DNA from: Hormiphora californensis
Taxonomy: Eukaryota > Animalia > Ctenophora
DNA length: 64,000 nucleotides
Assembly: GCA_020137815.1 (NCBI GenBank)
Contig: CM035354.1
Location: 8,680,001 to 8,744,000 of the forward strand
Reading direction: 5' to 3'
The notes beneath the pieces are model-generated. The model saw only the letters and a program-made list of their open reading frames with translations, was not told the origin of the DNA and searched no databases. Position 1 is the stretch's first letter; each line of letters opens with the position of its first letter. This document shows positions 62,935 to 64,000 of the stretch, piece by piece. The position numbers were made by a program, and so were the translations under genes.

Positions 62935-64000
62935 GTGTTATTTCTGGTTTGTACGATGACCGCTGGTGTAAGCAGGGATCAACAGCGATCTTCACCTGTG
63001 AAGTTGATGCTCTCTCCGGCTCTGACACCATCACCTACGTGATAGACGGAGTAAATGAAACCGTGACAGATTCACTGACCCAGGAGATAAACACTACAGA
63101 ATTGGGGAGGTTTGAGTATAGCTGTTGGAACAACGATCAAATTATGGGCGAGACCATCACCATTACAGTAGGCAGCTCGGCCCTAGAGATGTTGAGTACC
63201 GAACAGGTTACTACTGGGGGTTCTGTCTCACTTCAGTGCACTGCACCTCTTGGCACAACTGTTACCTTCAAGAAAGTGGGAGAGTTGAACCTCGATCTAT
63301 CTTCATTCACTAGCTCTGTCAGTGACGAGACCCTTGTTACATCCACATTCCTCTTACCCAGCCTGGTATCGTCCTATTCAGGATTTTATTACTGTGATTC
63401 GGATAACGGACGGACCTCTGCTGTGCAGATATTACAGTTGAATCCCATTACAGAGGTACAGGATGTGGCTGTGGGAGATACTGTTACATTAGTTATAGAA
63501 GGTATAGCTCCCCCTGGTATTGGACTATCTGCGGGTGACGGAACCGACACATCAGCTAATATAGACCGTTACGAGACAAGCGATGGAAACACTATGTACG
63601 TGGGGACTGTAAGCAGTGCAGGGCAGTATAATTGGATGACTTTAGAGGGCGGTGTAGTGGGGGAAGTTGGAATTGCTTACGGCCTGACTGTCAATGCCAC
63701 AGCTCCAAGATACTACACTGCTGGGCAGGAGGTCCAGGTGAATTGCGATATGAAGGGGATCCAGGCAACAGTGGCAGTGAGTGTAAACGAGGGGTATTTA
63801 GCTGTGTTAGAATATCCTGATGGGATATTGGATAAGGTGGCAGCGGGGGAGACTATTTCCTACTCTTCATCCCTCAAATTGCCTGTTGGTGAACAGTCAG
63901 TAGACGTCACATGCTCGGCAACGGGATCCGGTCTAGCCGTACAAGACACAGTTGTGGTTGGGTTCATTGGGTTCCTTGAGTCTATCGATGATCAAACCAT
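62935..64000 (+). CDS. Exon 37: large exon of about 4 Ig-like domains, runs off the window end (missed by ORF track)
   Basis: More than 350 codons without a stop: AIFTC...FEYSC, VSLQC...SGFYYC, VQVNC...DVTC. Confidence 0.9.

Overview
Eukaryotic (animal) genomic DNA. The repeat families resemble ones I recall from the ctenophore Pleurobrachia; this is an unverified inference. The whole window lies inside one very large + strand gene whose start and stop are both outside it. I traced 37 GT-AG exons by hand (about 9.4 kb, about 3,100 aa); their phases join up except for one apparent +1 frameshift near 3199. They encode a secreted or cell-surface protein: [furin-site linker - Cys-rich ephrin-receptor-like repeat - CCP] - about 22 Ig domains - [CCP - SEA-like - Cys-rich repeat - degenerate CCP] - 6 or more further Ig domains. 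The introns are packed with nested non-autonomous transposons: Harbinger-, Tc1/pogo-, Kolobok-, hAT- and MULE-like TIR elements, tandem Helitrons, Helentron/DINE-like HINEs, and LINE and Penelope fragments. Most short ORFs in the supplied track are artefacts of these repeats. The most notable non-genic signals are recurrent tail+hairpin insertions with 12-13 bp target duplications (one with a hammerhead core), a covarying multibranch DNA cassette, and head-to-tail Helitron concatemers.
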